DNA of 64,000 bases, taken from assembly GCA_030625885.1 (NCBI GenBank), contig DAOUPZ010000011.1:27353-91352 (forward strand). Direction: 5' to 3'. Positions within the stretch are counted from its first letter, which is position 1. Each line of letters opens with the position of its first letter. A program made the translations under genes and the position numbers. Of this stretch, positions 28,494 through 38,077 are shown piece after piece. The notes below the pieces were generated by a model. That model saw only the letters and a program-made list of their open reading frames with translations, was not told where the DNA came from and made no database searches. Origin of the DNA: Clostridia bacterium. Its GTDB lineage: Bacteria; Bacillota; DAOUPZ01.

Positions 28494-29240
28494 ATGCAGA
28501 AAATTGTTGTTGTCGGCCGGAATGATGCTGGAAAATCAACCCTCCTTGGCGAGATTTATCGTGGCTTGACAGCCAAAGGATATCAACCTATGGTCATTGG
28601 TTCTGGTATTCAAGATGAAAAGCCTTTTTTGGAAAAGGGAATCCCTTCAGCGTATATTACCATTGAAACGCCGGAAACTAGGCGAGATTTAGCAGATAAT
28701 ATGGAACGGGTGATGCGGAATTCTCTCAATAAAATTGAAGAAAACAATAAGCTCATTCAACATGCAAAGCATGCTTTAAGTGAATTAAATAAAGTGCGGT
28801 CTGTCTTGGAGCTAGGGCAAATTTTTCAAAATGATTTACCTTATCCATCAAAATTGCCCGATACCTTTTTGTTAGAAGCGGTGGGGATTGGCGATGGATA
28901 CAAATCTTTGGATGGGAAGCAGGTTGCGGACATACTGGTAACGGTCGTTCCTGCAGGGATTAAATCAGAATTATTAATGGAAAACGATAATATTCTTTTA
29001 GATAAAGCCGATGTGATTGCGGTCACTAAAATTGATGTCACGTCAAAAACGGTTGCCAATTCGAATGTCAAGCTGCTCCAAAGGATTTATCGTAACAAGC
29101 CCATTATTCCTATTGTGGCTTCAGAAGGGATCCATACGGATTTAGTGGTGAAAGAAATTATTAATAAGATGGGTGACCCGGTAGAATTATTGAATAAAGC
29201 AACGTATAATCGTAAGGCAAAACCAATTCCAGCGCATTAA
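28494..29240 (+). CDS. P-loop GTPase, MeaB/ArgK (G3E/SIMIBI)-like
   Basis: GRNDAGKST (G1), LLEAVGIG (cf. MeaB ETVGVGQ), VTKID (G4), IVASEG. Confidence 0.65.
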   Translation: MQKIVVVGRNDAGKSTLLGEIYRGLTAKGYQPMVIGSGIQDEKPFLEKGIPSAYITIETPETRRDLADNMERVMRNSLNKIEENNKLIQHAKHALSELNKVRSVLELGQIFQNDLPYPSKLPDTFLLEAVGIGDGYKSLDGKQVADILVTVVPAGIKSELLMENDNILLDKADVIAVTKIDVTSKTVANSNVKLLQRIYRNKPIIPIVASEGIHTDLVVKEIINKMGDPVELLNKATYNRKAKPIPAH

Positions 29241-29331
29241 AAGCAGCTTTGCTGCTTTTGGCAGGTAGGAGGTAGCAGGTAGCAGGTAGGAAAAGACAGG
29301 GAAAAGCAGCCTTCGGCTGTTTTTCTTGTCT
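29241..29331. repeat. Heptamer element B arm between two short hairpins
   Basis: gcaggtaggaggtagcaggtagcaggtagg between aagcagc..gctgctt and aaagcagcc-ttc-ggctgttttt. Confidence 0.65.
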
Positions 29332-29387
29332 ATACATACAAAACAAGTTATAATATGAATATAAAATAAGTAGAGGATGGTTCAATT

Positions 29388-30413
29388 ATGGGCGTTATTG
29401 TACAGCAAAAACAAAAGCGCAAGATCATTGGGCGTTTTACAGGAATCCTGCTGCTGGTTATTATAATAGGTGGATTTTTTTTAATGAACCGGTTTTCCGC
29501 TATGACTTCTTCTAAAGGAGAGTATGAGGAAAATACCATATGTATCGTCGATCGCGGGGCTACAACTGAGGAGATTGCTAATCAATTAAAGCAAGCCAAT
29601 GTAATTAAATATCCCCTGGTATTTCGTCTCCTTACAAAAATGGACGGGAAAGAAGGCCAGCTAAAGGCAGGAACTTATCAATTTCCGGCGGGTTTAACGT
29701 TAGAACAAATTTTGCAAAAGGTATACGAAGGGAATACAGCTTACGTTTGGATCACGATTCCGGAAGGGTTTAAAACGAAGCAAATTGTTGAACTGCTTGA
29801 CACGAAGGGATTGATCGATAAAGAACAGTTTATGCAGGAAGTGCAAGAAGGGCAGTTTAAATATTCATTTTTAAACGAACGGGTCCCTTCAGAAAAACGG
29901 TTAGAAGGATTTTTGTTTCCGGATACCTATCAAGTTGCAGATGGCATGACGGAACATGCTCTTATTAAGATGATGTTGCAGCGGTTTGAAGACGTTTTTG
30001 TAAAAGAATGGGACAAGCGGTCCGATGAAATAGAACTATCTTTTAATGAGGCGGTTATACTGGCATCCATTATTGAACGAGAAGCAGCAGTCGATCAAGA
30101 ACGTCCAATCATTGCTTCTGTTTTTTATAATCGGCTTCAAAAAAACTGGAGATTGCAATCTTGTGCAACGGTGCAATATCTTTTTGATAAGCCTAAACCA
30201 CGGTTGCTTACAAAAGATACGAAAATTGAATCGCCATATAACACTTATCTTCATCAGGGATTACCGCCAGGTCCCATTTCTAATCCTGGGGAAGCTTCTT
30301 TGAAAGCGGTATTGAGTCCTGCTGATACGGATTATATGTTTTTTGTTGCGCAAGCGGATGGAACGCATCATTTTAGTAAAAAATATAGTGAGCATTTAGA
30401 TAATAAACAATAG
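29388..30413 (+). CDS. mltG: Endolytic transglycosylase
   Basis: N-terminal TM; TIPEG, LEGFLFPDTY, ASIIERE, SPYNTY, GLPPGPI. Confidence 0.95.
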   Translation: MGVIVQQKQKRKIIGRFTGILLLVIIIGGFFLMNRFSAMTSSKGEYEENTICIVDRGATTEEIANQLKQANVIKYPLVFRLLTKMDGKEGQLKAGTYQFPAGLTLEQILQKVYEGNTAYVWITIPEGFKTKQIVELLDTKGLIDKEQFMQEVQEGQFKYSFLNERVPSEKRLEGFLFPDTYQVADGMTEHALIKMMLQRFEDVFVKEWDKRSDEIELSFNEAVILASIIEREAAVDQERPIIASVFYNRLQKNWRLQSCATVQYLFDKPKPRLLTKDTKIESPYNTYLHQGLPPGPISNPGEASLKAVLSPADTDYMFFVAQADGTHHFSKKYSEHLDNKQ

Positions 30414-30435
30414 AGGGAAGAAAGGAACTTTTACC

Positions 30436-31101
30436 ATGCCCTTAGATATTACGAACTTGGAAGTGGAAAAATATATTAGAGGTTTTGTGCCGCCTCGGGA
30501 TGCTTTGATGACGGAACTGGAGCAACAGGCGGAAAAGGAAACCATCCCGATTATCCGGCCGGAGGTTGGAGAACTGCTTTATCTGCTGACCTGTCTGAAA
30601 AAGCCGCAGCGTGTATTGGAAATTGTGACAGCTATTGGTTATTCAACGTTATGGCTGGTAAAAGGAATGGCATCCACTGGCGAAATTGTCACCATTGAGA
30701 TTGATGAAACAAGAGCAGCGCAGGCCCGGGAAAATTTTGTGCGTGCCGGGGTTTCAGAGAAAGTTAAACTTAAAGTAGGGGATGCCCGCGATATTTTGCC
30801 TGCTTTAACGGGGGCGTTCGATCTCGTATTTATGGATGCGGCTAAAGGTCAGTATCCTTTTTTTCTGGAGAATGTGTTGCCCCTTCTTAAGGAAGGGAGC
30901 GTGTTGATTACAGATAACATTTTAATATATGGGATGGTGGTCGAAGAACGTCCACCCAGGCGTCATCGTACCATGGTCAAACGAATGCATGATTATTTAA
31001 ACCAGGTGTCTGATCCGGAGCAATGGGAAACAGTGATGCTTCCTGTTGGGGATGGATTGGCGATTAGTATGAAGAAAGGAAGTCAACCGCATGAATCATA
31101 A
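30436..31101 (+). CDS. O-methyltransferase (YrrM/TrmR tRNA ho5U methyltransferase-like)
   Basis: LEIVTAIGYS, FMDAAKGQY, TDN, PVGDG; synteny with a U32 peptidase. Confidence 0.85.
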   Translation: MPLDITNLEVEKYIRGFVPPRDALMTELEQQAEKETIPIIRPEVGELLYLLTCLKKPQRVLEIVTAIGYSTLWLVKGMASTGEIVTIEIDETRAAQARENFVRAGVSEKVKLKVGDARDILPALTGAFDLVFMDAAKGQYPFFLENVLPLLKEGSVLITDNILIYGMVVEERPPRRHRTMVKRMHDYLNQVSDPEQWETVMLPVGDGLAISMKKGSQPHES

Positions 31102-32314
31102 ACCGGAACTTTTAGCACCCGCAGGCGATTTAGAGAAACTAAAATTTGCAGTGATATTTGGTGCAGACGCAGTATATATTGGCGGCAATGAATTTGGACT
31201 GAGAGCGACTGCGCGAAACTTTACAATAGAACACATGCAGGAAGGTATTCAATTTGCACATCAACACGGCGCCAAAGTCTATTTAACCGTTAATATTTAT
31301 GCGCATAATGAGGACATTGCAAAATTACCGGACTATCTATCAAGTTTAAGCGGATTGGATTTGGACGGACTGATTGTTTCCGATCTCGGTATATTATCAT
31401 TGATTAAGGCGGAATTACCTCATATGCCGCTTCATCTGAGTACACAGGCCAATACAACCAATTGGTGCAGTGCCCAATTCTGGCAGCAGCAAGGTTTAGA
31501 GCGGATTATAGGTGCGCGTGAGCTTAGCTTAAAGGAAATTAAGGAGATTACCCAAAAAGTTGATATTGAAATGGAAGGGTTTGTGCACGGTGCCATGTGT
31601 ATTTCTTATTCCGGCCGTTGTTTGCTGAGTAATTTTATGGCTGGAAGGGATGCGAATCGGGGTTTATGTACACATCCTTGCCGTTGGGAGTATGCTGTAG
31701 TAGAACCCAAAAGGCCCGGTCAGTATTTTCCTGTCATTGAAGACGAAAGGGGAACTTATATTTTCAATTCTAAAGATATGTGTATGATTGAAAACATTCC
31801 CGAACTAATTGAGAGCGGCCTTGGCAGCTTGAAGATTGAGGGAAGGATGAAAAGTGTTTATTATGTTGCGACGGTGACGCATGTTTACCGTCAGGCGCTA
31901 GATGCATATTTTAATGATCCGGATGGATATCAATTTGATCCGCAGTGGTTAGAAGAACTCCAAAAGGTCAGCCATCGTCCATTTACAACAGGATTTTATT
32001 TTAACAATCCAGGCAAAGAGGGGCAGAATTATGAAGATTCGGGATATATTAGAGATTATTCTTTTGTTGGGGTTGTTTTGGATTATGATCAGCAAAAAAA
32101 GGAAGCCGTGATTCAGCAGCGTAATCATTTTGCTGTTGGGCAGGAAGTTGAGCTATTTGGTCCCCACACGCCTTTATTTACTCAAACAATAACCTCGCTT
32201 ATAGATGAGGAAGGCCAGTCTGTAGAGGTGGCGCCGCATCCCCAGCAAACCTTGCGCATGCCGGTTGATTATCCTGTTGAACCCTATACAATTCTTAGGC
32301 GAAAGGATAACTAA
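31091..32314 (+). CDS. U32 family peptidase (TrhP/YrrO-like tRNA hydroxylation protein)
   Basis: KPELLAPAG, HGAMCISYSGRCLLS, RDANRGLCTHPCRW, KIEGRMKS. Confidence 0.92.
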   Translation: MNHKPELLAPAGDLEKLKFAVIFGADAVYIGGNEFGLRATARNFTIEHMQEGIQFAHQHGAKVYLTVNIYAHNEDIAKLPDYLSSLSGLDLDGLIVSDLGILSLIKAELPHMPLHLSTQANTTNWCSAQFWQQQGLERIIGARELSLKEIKEITQKVDIEMEGFVHGAMCISYSGRCLLSNFMAGRDANRGLCTHPCRWEYAVVEPKRPGQYFPVIEDERGTYIFNSKDMCMIENIPELIESGLGSLKIEGRMKSVYYVATVTHVYRQALDAYFNDPDGYQFDPQWLEELQKVSHRPFTTGFYFNNPGKEGQNYEDSGYIRDYSFVGVVLDYDQQKKEAVIQQRNHFAVGQEVELFGPHTPLFTQTITSLIDEEGQSVEVAPHPQQTLRMPVDYPVEPYTILRRKDN

Positions 32315-32392
32315 ACCTGCTTATATTAGAGTGTTTTTTCATGTATAAATAAGTGCTAACTCGAAAAAAATAATCCTAGGTTCGTCCAATAA

Positions 32393-34102
32393 ATGAGAGA
32401 AAGGATGAAGCCCATGGATGATATGAAACAATCGAATGGGTTAATTAAGCGAACCATCATTTTAGGGTTCGTTTTTTTAATGATATTCAGTTTTTTAGGG
32501 CTGCAATTATATCGAATACAAATGATTCATGGTAAACGTTTGGCGGAAGTGGCTTTTTCCCAACGCGCGCAAAAATTACCTTTAAAGGTGCCCCGTGGGG
32601 ATATTTTAGATCGACACCTTGAACCGTTTACCAATCAAATGAAAGCATTAAGTTGTTGCGCTTTCCCTGTGATTATTCCACCACAGCAACGTAGAGATAT
32701 AGCGGTCAAACTTGCCCGGATTCTGCCGCTTGAGCAGGAAACGATTTTAAAAAAGTTAGAAGCACCTGTTTCTCCGCATGCTATATACGAACCATTGACG
32801 CTTGAAATGCAAGAAGAAATTTCATCTTTAGATATGCCTGGGATTATCGTTATTGATAAAAGAATGCGGTATGGAATTCCAGGTATCGCCCATCATGTTT
32901 TAGGTTACCTGAAGGAATGGAATAGTCAAGGGGATGCAGGTGTGGAGAAAAGTGCAAACTCGATATTACAACATCAGGAAAGAGAAAATGTTGTTGCTAT
33001 GGTCGATGCGAGACGGGGAATGATTAGCGGTTTAGGTGTACGGCGGCAGCCTCCTAATAAAAAGAAAGAGCGGCATGTGGTATTAACATTAGATAAAAAG
33101 GTCCAGCAGTGTGTGGAAGATACCATGAATCGTTATATATCCAGCGGTGCGGTCATTGTTTTAAAGCCGCAAACAGGAGAAATTCTGGCTATGGCCAGTC
33201 GCCCGGACTTCCAACCTGAGGCACCAAACTTTCAAGAGGAAGATACGGAAGAGAACGGGAAGCTATTAAATCGGGGTATACGATCTTTTCCACCGGGTTC
33301 TGTATTTAAGGTGGTTGTAGCGGCAGCTGCATTAGAAGAGAAGTTGGTAGATCAGCAAGAAAAATTTTTGTGCCCGGGATATATTGAAGTGGGTCAACGT
33401 ATGATTAAATGTCACCAATATAAGTCAGGGGGTCACGGAGAGATTACGTTTTCTGAGGGTATGGTGCATTCTTGTAATGTTGTTTTCATAGAGCTTGCAA
33501 ACCGTTTGGGAAAAGAAATACTTATCAAGTATGCACAAAAATTTGGGTTTGGTGAAAAAACAGGAATCGGTTTACCGGGAGAGAAGGACGGACCGCTTCC
33601 CAATCTTTCTCAAATGTATTGTGGTGATCTGGCAAATGCAGCAATTGGGCAAGGGGAAATTAAAGTGACACCGTTGCAGGTGGCTCAGATGATGGCGGTC
33701 GTTGCTAATAATGGGGTTAGCGTACCGTTAATGCTCTTGAAAGAGGTGCGAGATGGAGAAGGTACATTGATTGAACGGTTTTCTAAGCGTCAGTCAACAC
33801 GAGTTATTTCGCCTGATACGGCGTATGCACTGCAAAGGATGCTGGTAGATGTGACCCTGAAAGGAACAGGATACCGTGCGCAAGTCAAGGGAACCGTAGT
33901 GGCCGGAAAGACGGGAACGGCTCAAACCGGGCAATACAATGAGGATGGCGATGAAATGACGCATGCCTGGTTTGCAGGTTATGCGCCGTCGGTTCAACCC
34001 CAATATGTTGTGGTGGTATTTGCAGAGAATGGTGGTTCCGGCGGCAGTGAAGCAGCCCCTGTGTTTAGAGAAATAGTGGAAAGTCTGCTAAAAGTTAATT
34101 AA
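32393..34102 (+). CDS. Class B penicillin-binding protein (PbpI/SpoVD-like)
   Basis: N-terminal TM; RGDILDR; PGSVFK (SxxK), SCN (SxN), KTG. Confidence 0.92.
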   Translation: MRERMKPMDDMKQSNGLIKRTIILGFVFLMIFSFLGLQLYRIQMIHGKRLAEVAFSQRAQKLPLKVPRGDILDRHLEPFTNQMKALSCCAFPVIIPPQQRRDIAVKLARILPLEQETILKKLEAPVSPHAIYEPLTLEMQEEISSLDMPGIIVIDKRMRYGIPGIAHHVLGYLKEWNSQGDAGVEKSANSILQHQERENVVAMVDARRGMISGLGVRRQPPNKKKERHVVLTLDKKVQQCVEDTMNRYISSGAVIVLKPQTGEILAMASRPDFQPEAPNFQEEDTEENGKLLNRGIRSFPPGSVFKVVVAAAALEEKLVDQQEKFLCPGYIEVGQRMIKCHQYKSGGHGEITFSEGMVHSCNVVFIELANRLGKEILIKYAQKFGFGEKTGIGLPGEKDGPLPNLSQMYCGDLANAAIGQGEIKVTPLQVAQMMAVVANNGVSVPLMLLKEVRDGEGTLIERFSKRQSTRVISPDTAYALQRMLVDVTLKGTGYRAQVKGTVVAGKTGTAQTGQYNEDGDEMTHAWFAGYAPSVQPQYVVVVFAENGGSGGSEAAPVFREIVESLLKVN

Positions 34103-34185
34103 GTAAAAAAGGGCTTTGACAGGCACTAATATCATTAAACCTCCATATGATAGTTTTAAAACCTAATGGGTGGAGGTGAAAGTAC

Positions 34186-34890
34186 GTGCTGTCAGCCATC
34201 GTTGGCTTAGCTCTTTCATTATTAAAAGGCACATTATTGCTTGTATCTTTTGTTGCGAATAATACATTTCCTCAGCCTTTAACAAAAGAAGAAGAGGAAG
34301 AACAGTTAAAACGTTGGAAAGAAGGGTGCGATGAAGCAAGAGATATTTTGGTGGAAAGAAATTTGCGTTTAGTAGCCCATATTGTAAAAAAGTTTCCTTG
34401 TGTGGAAGTTGAGCAAGAAGATCTTATATCAATTGGAACCATCGGATTGATTAAGGGTATTAATACATTTGATATGGATAAAGGCGTTCGCTTAGCAACT
34501 TATGCTGCTCGATGTATTGAAAATGAAATTTTAATGCATCTGCGCGCCACCAAAAAGAATCGGCTGGAAGTTTCTTTACAGGATTCCATTGGTACGGATA
34601 AAGAGGGGAATGAAATTTCTCTTATCGATATTCTTGGGACAGATCCGGATGTTGTATTGGATATCGTGGAAACCAAGCTTGAATACCGGCATTTGTATAA
34701 AATCATTAAAGAATTAGATGAACGGGAAATGCAGGTACTTCATATGCGTTTTGGGTTAATGGATGGGATACGGAAAACACAAAAAGAGATTGCCAAACAA
34801 TTAGGGATTTCTCGCTCTTATGTCTCGCGGATCGAGAAGAAGGCGATTTCTAAAATATTAAAAGAGTTAAAAGTAGAAAACTGCCAGTAG
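34186..34890 (+). CDS. sigK: Pro-sigma-K sporulation sigma factor, uninterrupted
   Basis: Hydrophobic pro-sequence, FPQPL, NLRLVAHIVKKF, ENEILMHLR, LGISRSYVSRIEK. Confidence 0.93.
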   Translation: MLSAIVGLALSLLKGTLLLVSFVANNTFPQPLTKEEEEEQLKRWKEGCDEARDILVERNLRLVAHIVKKFPCVEVEQEDLISIGTIGLIKGINTFDMDKGVRLATYAARCIENEILMHLRATKKNRLEVSLQDSIGTDKEGNEISLIDILGTDPDVVLDIVETKLEYRHLYKIIKELDEREMQVLHMRFGLMDGIRKTQKEIAKQLGISRSYVSRIEKKAISKILKELKVENCQ

Positions 34891-34903
34891 CTGGCAGTTT
34901 TTT
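34876..34903 (+). terminator. Intrinsic terminator overlapping the sigK stop
   Basis: aaaactgccag-tag-ctggcagtttttt. Confidence 0.75.
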
Positions 34904-35134
34904 CTGTGTAGTCGGGCAGTGTGGCTAAGATAGCGGCTAACGAAGATCGTTAGGGATCGTTACTAAGTAAAGATATGAATAAAAAGTGGTTAGTGCTAAA
35001 GGGCTGTTAAATATTCTATTAATCAAAAGTACCATAATGAAACAAAAAAATATAAAAAAGATACAAATAATGCAGGATTTTGTAAAAAAAAGTATAATAT
35101 AACTTTAATACTAAAGTTATGAGGAGGGAAACAA

Positions 35135-36781
35135 ATGGTTAACAACTTAAGTTCTAAACATAGTAAGCTGGTTGTTGACTTTTTATTGGAGACGATCGGC
35201 ATAGAAACAGATGATTTTTATTGGTTATCAAAGGAAGTATCCGATTTTTATTCGGATAGCATTAAAGAGTTAGGGATTATAGAACAGATAACAGAATTAT
35301 TTCCATTAGCAATTATACTTATTGATTGTAATTACAATATTATTTTTGCTAATTCAGCCTATAAAAAGCATTTTTGTTCTGATAAATCAGAATTGAAAAA
35401 TAAAAACTACTTGCAAACCATTTTTGACAATAAGAAGTATGATCATCAGGGACGTTACTGCAGCCCAGTACTTTATAGTCTGGACACAGAACGGGAATTA
35501 AGACGTCAATACGCACGTATTAAACTGAGCTTAAGGCAGGAGCCTTATCGTTATGAGATTTCAACTAAATTAATCCGTGATGACAATCTAGAAGTAAAAG
35601 GTGTTTGTGGCGTTTTCTTTGGCTTAGACGTTCATAATGATATCAATAAAACCATTGTCGATTTTAACTCGAGTCTTTTTTCGCATAACCCTAACCTCTT
35701 TTTTCTTATAAATGAGAAGATCGATACATTAATTCCTCAATATGGCCAACATTTTAGTCATGTTGTTGAAAATTCAGAACTTTTGGGAAAAGCTTACGGT
35801 TTAAATGAACAGGACTTAGATTTATTGAAGAAAGCGGCAACCTTGCATGAGTTTGGCAAGATTGCGATTCCGTCTGAAGTTTTACAGAAGGAGAAAGATT
35901 TTACAAAAGAGGAATTGGATATGCTTATGAAGCATTCTGAAACGGCCTATCACCTATTTAAGAATGTAACAGGTTATGAAAAAGTGGCTTTGATTATTCG
36001 GCATCAATATGAACGATATGATGGGAAGGGCGAACCTTTTGGTTTAAAAGGGGAACAGATTCCGTTAGAATCTAGAATGATTGGTTTGGTTGATCACTTT
36101 GAACATATGCTAAGTGAGAATTTATATCTCAAAAACCTATCCATTAAAGAGGTATTGCACAAAATCAAAAATCAAAGCGGCAAGAACTTTGATCCTAAGT
36201 TGGTCAGTTTATGGGAAAGTATTATCAGTGATAAGCGCTTAAAAATAGAAAAACACCAAGAACTGAAGAAAACGCAAAACAGGTCGTTGCTCTACGAGAG
36301 TTATTCAATATGCAGAATTTTAGAAAAAGTAATTGCTGAAGAGATTGGAAATCATGCTAAAATTTCAGGGATTACTTTTCCTCAATATCATGTTCTGACA
36401 ATCCTTCGTTTGCAAAATGATTTAATGATTTCCGAAATAGCGCGTTTAGGCTATTGGAGTATTGCTGGTGTTATGAGTTTGGTTGATGGTTTGAAGAAAA
36501 AAGGGCTGGTAAAAACCGAACCGGTTGAAAAGGGGAGAGGTTCTAAAGTTTTAATAACGGCCAGGGGTGAAGGTATTGTTGTAAATCAAATGGAGAATAT
36601 GATGTCAAACCTCGATGAGGTTTTTGAAGATACTGAACTTGAAAATATACAAAATATAGTTTCATTTATTCAGCATAACGTGTTGAATAAATTTTTAGAT
36701 CAGGAGGTGATTGAAGATATCGAAGAGCATTTCTTTTTAGCAAAGCGCAAATTTGAGTTAGACAATAGGAATATTCATTAA
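35135..36781 (+). CDS. PAS + degenerate HD-GYP + MarR-type (Hpr/ScoC-like) wHTH fusion protein
   Basis: PAS (LAIILIDCNYNIIFAN); HEFGK and HQYERYDGKGEP replace HDIGK and HHERxDGxGYP; C-terminal ITFPQYHVL...ISEIARLG...LKKKGLV...ITARG. Confidence 0.75.
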   Translation: MVNNLSSKHSKLVVDFLLETIGIETDDFYWLSKEVSDFYSDSIKELGIIEQITELFPLAIILIDCNYNIIFANSAYKKHFCSDKSELKNKNYLQTIFDNKKYDHQGRYCSPVLYSLDTERELRRQYARIKLSLRQEPYRYEISTKLIRDDNLEVKGVCGVFFGLDVHNDINKTIVDFNSSLFSHNPNLFFLINEKIDTLIPQYGQHFSHVVENSELLGKAYGLNEQDLDLLKKAATLHEFGKIAIPSEVLQKEKDFTKEELDMLMKHSETAYHLFKNVTGYEKVALIIRHQYERYDGKGEPFGLKGEQIPLESRMIGLVDHFEHMLSENLYLKNLSIKEVLHKIKNQSGKNFDPKLVSLWESIISDKRLKIEKHQELKKTQNRSLLYESYSICRILEKVIAEEIGNHAKISGITFPQYHVLTILRLQNDLMISEIARLGYWSIAGVMSLVDGLKKKGLVKTEPVEKGRGSKVLITARGEGIVVNQMENMMSNLDEVFEDTELENIQNIVSFIQHNVLNKFLDQEVIEDIEEHFFLAKRKFELDNRNIH

Positions 36782-36858
36782 GTTTTGATTAAAAGTAATA
36801 ACTTAAGGTTGATATGAACAAGCAACCAAACAAATACGACTATTATTGTTCAGGAGGA

Positions 36859-37983
36859 ATGATTATGGGGGATGGTATAGAACCATATAAGCTGTTTTTT
36901 AATCATGTGCGGGATATATTCTTGTTTGTCAGTTTAGACGGGCAAATATTAGAAGCCAATCAGGCGGCTGTTGACGCGTATGGATATAATTATAATGAGT
37001 TATTGTCCATGGCAATTAACGATTTGAGGGCAAAAGATGCCTCTCATTTGGTTAGCCAACAAATCAAGGATACTCAGGAAGGGTTGTTGTTTGAAACCGT
37101 TCATCAGCGGAAAGACGGTTGTGTTTTTCCCGTAGAAGTGCATTCTAATGGTGTTCGGTTAGGTAGTGAAATAGTCTTGATGAGCGTTATTCGTGATATA
37201 ACGCTGCGTAAGAAGCTTCAAGAAAAAATAGTGGCCAGTGAATTAAGGTATAGAGAATTATTCAAAAATATGAGCAGCGGGGTAGCGATATATGAAGCCC
37301 AGGATAATGGAAATGACTTTGTATTCAAGGATATTAACCTGGCTGCAGAGCAGATCGATCGGATCACTAAAGAAGAGGTGATCGGCAGGAGCATCATCGA
37401 GATATTTCCCGGTGTTAAAGCATTTGGCTTTTTTGAGGTCCTAAAAAATGTTTGGCAAACCGGTGTTTCGGAGTATTTTCCCATCTCAGAGTATAATGAT
37501 GAAAGAATTGTGGGTTGGCGGGAAAATTTCGTATATAAGTTGTCTTCAGGGGAAATCGTTGCCATTTATGATGATGTTACAGATGTTATGAAGATGCATG
37601 AACAGTTACGGGTTTCCGATCAATTATTAATGCAGATGGATGATGCGATTTTGTTTACCGATCTAAAGGGTAAAATTTTGCGATGGGAAGGGAAAGCTGA
37701 GGAAATAATGGGTTATAAAGCAGAAGAAGTGTTGGGTAAGACTGTCGATTGTTTTCATCAGCCTGAAGTAAGGGAGACGATGACTGCAGACATTATTAGA
37801 GAGGTTAATGAAAAAGGCATGTTTGTGGGTCACATTCCCTGTTTGAGAAAAGACGGTACCAAAATAGATATTGAGACAATTGTCAAATTGGTTCTTGATA
37901 TAGTAGGCAATCCTATAGGTTTAATTGGTATCAATAAGCCGATGATGCAGAGTAAACAATCTGCTGAGGTAAAATCAACCTAA
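36859..37983 (+). CDS. Triple-PAS protein with no output domain
   Basis: Three PAS S-boxes (RKDGCVFPVEV; YKLSSGEIVAIYDDVT; RKDGTKIDIE); start after CAGGAGG at ATG 36859 or 36865. Confidence 0.75.
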   Translation: MIMGDGIEPYKLFFNHVRDIFLFVSLDGQILEANQAAVDAYGYNYNELLSMAINDLRAKDASHLVSQQIKDTQEGLLFETVHQRKDGCVFPVEVHSNGVRLGSEIVLMSVIRDITLRKKLQEKIVASELRYRELFKNMSSGVAIYEAQDNGNDFVFKDINLAAEQIDRITKEEVIGRSIIEIFPGVKAFGFFEVLKNVWQTGVSEYFPISEYNDERIVGWRENFVYKLSSGEIVAIYDDVTDVMKMHEQLRVSDQLLMQMDDAILFTDLKGKILRWEGKAEEIMGYKAEEVLGKTVDCFHQPEVRETMTADIIREVNEKGMFVGHIPCLRKDGTKIDIETIVKLVLDIVGNPIGLIGINKPMMQSKQSAEVKST

Positions 37984-38077
37984 AGAATGGTTAAAACATA
38001 TTATTGAAAAGTACCATTGACGAATGATTTTAACAGATGTATAAGAAAAAATAATGCTTTACAAAGGGGGCAATAAG

